This document shows positions 18,178-23,263 of a stretch of DNA of 23,263 nt, one piece after another. Position 1 is the stretch's first letter, and the number at the start of each line of letters is the position of its first letter. A program made the translations under genes and the position numbers. This DNA comes from Promethearchaeota archaeon. Lineage in GTDB: Archaea; Asgardarchaeota; Lokiarchaeia; Sigyniarchaeales; SOKP01. The notes beneath the pieces were generated by a model. It searched no databases and was not told where the DNA came from. It was given only the letters and a program-made list of their open reading frames with translations. Where the stretch lies: assembly GCA_048938445.1 (NCBI GenBank), contig JBHLME010000069.1, forward strand, positions 1 through 23,263. Direction: 5' to 3'.

Positions 18178-18996
18178 ATGAAAGAAATTTGTCATAAAGG
18201 ATTAGCTAGATTAGTTGGGACACTTGGTTCAATGCCTTTAGAGCCTGAAGATTTAAAAAATGTTATTGATGGTTCCATTGATCCTGATAATCTCAATAAA
18301 CAACGAATGAATGAAAATTTAATCAATACATTGACAATCTCGTTTGAATGGTTATTGGAGCATACAATCCATGCAAAAGAGTTAGCGATCAAATCTATTA
18401 ATGAAGCTTGTGAAGCCAGAAAAAGAAATAATGGAATTTGGGGTCGCTTTCTTGGATGGGCATTTCATTTTATAACTGATTGGGGAACACCCTATCACTC
18501 TTTTAAATCAAAATCAAATCCACTTCCATCATCAGCAAAAATAGGCACAGGTTCTGGAGCCATAATTGGAGGAATTGGAGGCTTAATTAAGAGTCTTACA
18601 AAACGTGATACTGATTTTAGGGAAATAATTTCAGATGGTTTCAAAGGAGCTGGAATTGGCGCGGTTGTAGGGACGGGAATAGGTGTTGGTATTGGTGGAG
18701 CAGCCCTAGCCATAAGCCATGGAAAATTTGAAACTCGGTGCGATGAACTCTGGGATGAATATTACTCCTCAATAGAGGAAAAATTTGAAATAGAGATAAA
18801 AAATCAAGAAGTATTAAATATAACAATAGATCTGTTCGAAAATAAGATGAATTCTTTAAGACAATTATGCGAAAGTTTACCTGCAGACTGGATTTTCACG
18901 TGCAATCGTGAAGAATATGCAGATTACATGATTAAAATTGCATTAACAATGGATTTAGCTTGTCAAGTCATAGCAAATCAAAAAATAAATGAATAA
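18178..18996 (+). CDS. Zinc-dependent phospholipase C / S1-P1 nuclease-fold protein with glycine-zipper insertion
   Basis: Metal-ligand pattern: N-terminal MKEICH, GSIDPD, EHTIH, FLGWAFHFITDWGTPYH, HGKFE. Gly-rich hydrophobic hairpin at ~18541-18717. ATG 18178 is preferred over TTG 18175. Confidence 0.75.
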   Translation: MKEICHKGLARLVGTLGSMPLEPEDLKNVIDGSIDPDNLNKQRMNENLINTLTISFEWLLEHTIHAKELAIKSINEACEARKRNNGIWGRFLGWAFHFITDWGTPYHSFKSKSNPLPSSAKIGTGSGAIIGGIGGLIKSLTKRDTDFREIISDGFKGAGIGAVVGTGIGVGIGGAALAISHGKFETRCDELWDEYYSSIEEKFEIEIKNQEVLNITIDLFENKMNSLRQLCESLPADWIFTCNREEYADYMIKIALTMDLACQVIANQKINE

Positions 18997-19211
18997 ATAT
19001 GTAGTTTTAAAAAATCTAAAGAAGATCATTCTTATCTATTTATAAGTGGTTTAGTTTAGGTATTTTTTGAATCAGCATCTTTTAAACAAAACATCTTCAA
19101 ATATATTCAGATAAATAATTAAGAAACTTCTATTTCAATCTTATCCGTTTTAATTATGAGGTTATAATTTTTTGTTTAAATACAAGGGGATTATGATAAT
19201 ACATTACTTTT

Positions 19212-19538
19212 TTGGAGAAAAATAAATTGTCAATAAGAACCGAAGACTTAAAAGATATTGGCAAGTTCAAGCAGAACACTAAAAATGCCCATAAATGTCC
19301 TATTTGCAAGAAGAAGATTGATATTGGTATTGAATTTGATATAATAAACAAAATGGTTAGAAAAGATAAGGGGATTTACACGCATCTCATCATACATGGG
19401 AATCCTCTTCATGGGATGATTTGCTATATTGATGTTCACATGACTGTTAGGAGCGTGAGTGCGATTGAAAGCATTGAAATTTCAAGAGATTCAGAAACGT
19501 TCAAGCAATTTATGAAAAAGTGGGCTAATCCTTACTGA
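19212..19538 (+). CDS. Small putative Zn-binding protein (CPxC...HxxxHG..H...YID..VR family typical of Asgard archaea)
   Basis: 108 aa; HKCPICKK...YTHLIIHGNPLHGMICYIDVHMTVRSV. TTG start. The family assignment is recalled, not searched. Confidence 0.75.
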   Translation: MEKNKLSIRTEDLKDIGKFKQNTKNAHKCPICKKKIDIGIEFDIINKMVRKDKGIYTHLIIHGNPLHGMICYIDVHMTVRSVSAIESIEISRDSETFKQFMKKWANPY

Positions 19539-19649
19539 TCGAGGTGTGATAGCTTAACTCTCATTGATTTCATAGATAAGGAAAAGGAAAAAAAAACTAT
19601 TCTTGGAAGAGACGAGGAAATATTTAAATTTATCAATGATAAGAGAATA

Positions 19650-22079
19650 TTGAGAGCTTTACTTGAATCCAAGATCTTCAAACTAAGAGAAATTCAAAAA
19701 GAGGCTATCAAAAAAAGTCTTTTTTTCAGAAAATCATTTTTAGCATGTGCACCTTCTGGTAGTGGTAAAACTCTAATAGGAGAATTGTGTGCTATCTATA
19801 ACATTTTCCATAAATTTGGAAAATCGGTATATCTCGTACCTTTTAAAGCATTGGCGACAGAAAAATATTATCATTTTCTCAAGTCATATAAGAAATATAG
19901 TATAAACATCCTACTTTCTATTGGAGATTTTGATGTTGATGATAGGGAATTAGCTAGAGCAGATCTTATTGTTACAACATACGAAAAGCTTGATTCTATC
20001 CTACGTAATTTTCATGATAAAGATTGGATTTTCGACATTTCCACCGTCATTGTAGATGAAATTCACGTCATTGGAGAAAATCATCGAGGTCCAAGATTGG
20101 AATCGTTGATTGTAAGATTAAATGAGCTATTAAACAAACCACAAATAATTGGGCTTTCTGCAACCATTGCCAATGCTGAATTTTTCTGTTCATGGCTTAA
20201 TTCTTTAGGAAATGATACGATCCTTATTCAGTCTAATGAGCGTCCTGTACCCCTCAAGTATGACATACAAGTCACGCAGAACAAGAATTCGACTATTAAA
20301 AAAATAGTTAACTCCACTTTAAATGAAAAGGGTCAAGTTCTCATCTTTCTTAACACGAGAAAAGCAACACAAAGGCAAGCTCATGACCTCTTAGCACAAG
20401 TAAGTAACTATTTAGGAGATTCAGATAAGGCAAAACTCAAGAAAGTTTCTGAAACTATGTATGAAATAAAAGGTCATAACAAGGAACTCGCTAAAGTTTT
20501 TAAACATGGGATAGCGTTTCACCATGCAGGATTGCTTTCAAAAGAACGAAAAATTGTAGAGGATAATTATCGAAAGAGACACCTGAAGGTGATTTGTTGC
20601 ACGACCACACTTTCTGCGGGAGTCAATACCCCTGCACGGGTAGTAATACTCAAAAATTTCAAGAAATTTATCACATCAGGCCACAACATTCGGGATTTCT
20701 CAGATTTTTATGAGGATGGTGATGGATTTGGTTATTTTAAGGCATTCACTGCTAATGAAGTGTTTCAAATGCTAGGTCGTGCTGGAAGACCAGGTCTAGA
20801 TCCTGTAGGTTATGGTATAATACTAGTCACGGATATTGAAGAAAAAATATGGGTAGAAGATCATTATTTTCAATTATCATCACTCGATTCACCGCTAGTT
20901 CCCAAGTATAACAATTTAACTTCAATGCTTCGCGACATGAATACGTTAAAAGAACAGACATTATTAAGAATCTATGAAGAAAAAGGGCTTTCTATAGATG
21001 ATTTGAAAAGATTTTTTGAAAGAACCTATTTTTGGAGCATTATGAAGGATCAAATGAAAGATAAATATGTTCCCATTGATCAGTTGCTAATGATAAAAGA
21101 AATATCAACAATAAATATTCTTAAACTCCATTCTGATCCAGGGATAGTGCGTTCTTTAAAGAAATCCAACATTCCCGTTAAGATAAGTAATATTTCAAGC
21201 ACTACTTTATTAGGACACGTAAAAAGCGAATTTGGGGTGTATACATGTCAATTTGATGTTGATACAGGTATCCAATGCTCTTGTGGATTTGAAAATGGTA
21301 TTTCAGACAATTTTGTTCATCAAGAGTTTGCGTTCCGGTTTTGTAGCCACGTAACTGCCTTTTTATTGTTCTTACTGCAATATAGTAATGAAAAGATTCA
21401 AAAATATGTCGAAGATATAGTACCAAAAGCAATAAAGGATCAATATATCCTTAATTATTTGGAAGAGAAAGGATTGATCATCAAGTCTAGTAAAAATACA
21501 TTAAAATGTTCTCAATTCGGAAAGTTAATCATAAGATTGTATCTTTATCCTGCCTCAGGAGTGCTCATACGTCACAGACTAGAAAACTCAGAAATAAACA
21601 CTTATCTAGATTTGATTCGTGAGGCATATCATATATTAATTAGTGAGGGACGGTTAAGAGACATGAAAATGCTCAATCCTATCCTTGATTATGCTGATGA
21701 GGAGCCGCTTGATAAAATATTAGAGACATACCATATAATGGCAGGTGACTTGTATTCCGTAAGGGATAACTTGAAAAGGATCGTTATGTTTGTTGGAATT
21801 ATTGCACGATACATGAGTGATTCTGATCTTTCATTGATTAACGTGACAGAGATGGCGGAGACTCTACAAATCCGAATACATCATGGGATTAAAGAAGAAT
21901 TATTTGATTTGGTCTTGCGCTTGCCAAACGTGGGACGAGTAAGGGGGAGAATATTTCACGATGCAGGGTATCACACCGCAGATCAAGTAAGAAAGGAAAA
22001 TTATTACATTTTACATAAAAAGACAGGTTTAGGGATTAATTTTTGTAAAAAACTCATCCAGCAAAAAAACCATAAATAA
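19650..22079 (+). CDS. hel308: Hel308/Ski2-like SF2 DNA helicase with SWIM zinc-finger insertion; true start probably upstream (~19554)
   Basis: Motifs LREIQ, APSGSGKT, PFKALATEK, TTYEKLDS, DEIH, GLSAT, RPVPL, FHHAGL, TTTLSAGVNTPA, QMLGRAGRPGLD and C-terminal HhH LPNVGRVRGR. CSC-x19-CSH at 21276-21350. Confidence 0.9.
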   Translation: MRALLESKIFKLREIQKEAIKKSLFFRKSFLACAPSGSGKTLIGELCAIYNIFHKFGKSVYLVPFKALATEKYYHFLKSYKKYSINILLSIGDFDVDDRELARADLIVTTYEKLDSILRNFHDKDWIFDISTVIVDEIHVIGENHRGPRLESLIVRLNELLNKPQIIGLSATIANAEFFCSWLNSLGNDTILIQSNERPVPLKYDIQVTQNKNSTIKKIVNSTLNEKGQVLIFLNTRKATQRQAHDLLAQVSNYLGDSDKAKLKKVSETMYEIKGHNKELAKVFKHGIAFHHAGLLSKERKIVEDNYRKRHLKVICCTTTLSAGVNTPARVVILKNFKKFITSGHNIRDFSDFYEDGDGFGYFKAFTANEVFQMLGRAGRPGLDPVGYGIILVTDIEEKIWVEDHYFQLSSLDSPLVPKYNNLTSMLRDMNTLKEQTLLRIYEEKGLSIDDLKRFFERTYFWSIMKDQMKDKYVPIDQLLMIKEISTINILKLHSDPGIVRSLKKSNIPVKISNISSTTLLGHVKSEFGVYTCQFDVDTGIQCSCGFENGISDNFVHQEFAFRFCSHVTAFLLFLLQYSNEKIQKYVEDIVPKAIKDQYILNYLEEKGLIIKSSKNTLKCSQFGKLIIRLYLYPASGVLIRHRLENSEINTYLDLIREAYHILISEGRLRDMKMLNPILDYADEEPLDKILETYHIMAGDLYSVRDNLKRIVMFVGIIARYMSDSDLSLINVTEMAETLQIRIHHGIKEELFDLVLRLPNVGRVRGRIFHDAGYHTADQVRKENYYILHKKTGLGINFCKKLIQQKNHK

Positions 22080-22145
22080 CCTATTATTTATTCAAAAAGA
22101 AAGAAAAAAAAGTATATTATAGTAAATATATTATTTATTGGGAGG

Positions 22146-22760
22146 TTATTTAGAAGAAATTTTTCGAGCTCTCAAGGCTAAAAAGACTAACAATACCAAA
22201 TGCCCTATAATCCCACCTGCTATTCCAACAAATAGCTCAAGAACATTTGCTTCACCAGTCACTCCTAACGCGATTAATACATACAATCCTAATGGGATAT
22301 TTCCTACTACACTTACAATAACTCCGGGATTATATCTTTTAAAACGAATAGTTCCCCCCAAATGAACGAAACCATTAAATGCAACCAATGTCATCAGACC
22401 CACGGGAAAGATTATTGAAATACTACCTAATACAATCAAGACGGGCGTAAGAATCCAAATAAATACAATGTTTACGAAGAAAGCTATTTTTTCTGTTAAT
22501 ACCATTTGAGAAGTATCTCCCTTAAGTAAAATTTTATTTAAGTCTTCTCGAAATCCACCGGGATATACGTATTCTTCAAATTGGTGTATCATATAGAGCG
22601 GTAAACTAAACCAATATAACCATACGAAACTCCCTATAGATTCTAATGAATTACTCCATATAGGTACTAATGAATTTAGAAAAAGTATGAGAAGCAGGAA
22701 TACAGCCACAACAATTCCAACTTTAGGCCAATGTTCATAGTAAAAGTTTTTTAAACTCAT
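22146..22760 (-). CDS. HXXEE domain-containing membrane protein
   Basis: 204 aa, about six hydrophobic segments; signature IHQFEEYVYPGGF plus NGFVH and YNPG. Confidence 0.9.
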   Translation of the reverse strand: MSLKNFYYEHWPKVGIVVAVFLLLILFLNSLVPIWSNSLESIGSFVWLYWFSLPLYMIHQFEEYVYPGGFREDLNKILLKGDTSQMVLTEKIAFFVNIVFIWILTPVLIVLGSISIIFPVGLMTLVAFNGFVHLGGTIRFKRYNPGVIVSVVGNIPLGLYVLIALGVTGEANVLELFVGIAGGIIGHLVLLVFLALRARKISSK

Positions 22761-22768
22761 TTCGTTAA

Positions 22769-22832
22769 CTCTAAATATTTTTTAATAAATAGGTAAAATT
22801 CTCTAAATATTTTTTAATAAATAGGTAAAATT
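22769..22832. repeat. Perfect 32-bp tandem duplication in the upstream region of the HXXEE gene
   Basis: ctctaaatattttttaataaataggtaaaatt occurs at 22769-22800 and 22801-22832. Confidence 0.95.
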
Positions 22833-23092
22833 TTAGATGTTTAATTCTATTAAGTATTTAAACTTTGGGATAGTTACTCCGTTACTTTTTAAACTTGTTG
22901 GGATAGAAATAAAGCATAAATTAGTATAAAAAAATTATAATGTGAAAATTTATAAAGGAGAACTCTTGTATTTTATCATCAATCTTTTGAATATTTAACC
23001 TTAGTTAAATAGAGGAATATTACTCATAAGAATATAGAAGTACCTGAGGTATTTAAAAAAAGAATTAAAAATTTAAATAAACATTCAGAAAC

Positions 23093-23263
23093 ATGCCTCG
23101 CAACCAGCAAGATAAATATATATTAGATTATTTATGGATATTGGAAAGACGATCTGGAAATTGCGTCTTTCAGCATGATTTTAATCCTGATACAGAAGAA
23201 ATAAAATATCCCCTTGATATAATCTCAAGTTTTTTTACGGCTTTTTATAGTTTGGTTGATACG
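23093..23263 (+). CDS. 5' part of a probable longin-like domain protein (runs off the window)
   Basis: Absent from the ORF track. ATG 23093 opens MPRNQQDKYILDYLWILERRSGNCVFQHDFNPDTEEIKYPLDIISSFFTAFYSLVDT. This fits the longin beta1-beta2-alpha1 pattern (hWIh...SG.ChF...F...DhhSxFhxAh) common in Asgard archaea. Confidence 0.7.
   Translation, partial: MPRNQQDKYILDYLWILERRSGNCVFQHDFNPDTEEIKYPLDIISSFFTAFYSLVDT

Noticed and set aside
19536-19538. Selenocysteine recoding of the in-frame TGA
   Set aside because: The context (KWANPY*) is not a redox motif, a strong SD follows the stop, and no SECIS-like hairpin was recognised after the helicase. Re-initiation is simpler.
18192-22365. Short ORFs 18192-18392, 18495-18713, 18641-18826, 19154-19351, 19248-19439, 21202-21432 and 22138-22365
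   Set aside because: Shadows of real genes. The Pro-rich 18495-18713 simply mirrors the glycine-zipper codons.
22769-22832. CRISPR array
   Set aside because: Two directly abutting copies with no spacer and no cas genes.

Overview
AT-rich archaeal DNA, most likely an Asgard archaeon of the Lokiarchaeia type. This is inferred from a longin-like ORF, a CPxC..HxxxHG..H..YID protein, a giant tandem Lrp/AsnC-like protein and a CDC48 paralog. In order the window holds: (1) a large beta-CASP ribonuclease missing from the ORF track (<3-2516, -) with two degenerate KH-like repeats and two acidic inserts; (2) a multiply broken single-ring CDC48-like pseudogene ending in a Zn ribbon; (3) a 1203-aa tandem Lrp/AsnC-like protein; (4) an MFS transporter; (5) a tightly coupled five-gene membrane operon (17839->9965, -); (6) a divergent Zn-phospholipase C/P1-nuclease-fold gene with a glycine-zipper insert; (7) a small Zn-binding protein in frame with a Hel308/Ski2-like helicase that carries a SWIM Zn finger; (8) an HXXEE membrane protein; (9) the start of a longin-like gene. 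The operon encodes a membrane-anchored HhH + nuclease-fold protein, a tetraspan protein, a 2-TM protein, an internally duplicated VirB4/HerA-like protein with every ATPase motif degenerate, and a small helical protein, and is preceded by phased palindromic boxes. It is the best candidate for an undescribed system, possibly a Ced/T4SS-like membrane DNA-handling machine built on a pseudo-ATPase. All family calls come from motifs read by eye; no searches were run. No rRNA, tRNA, CRISPR array or transposase was recognised.
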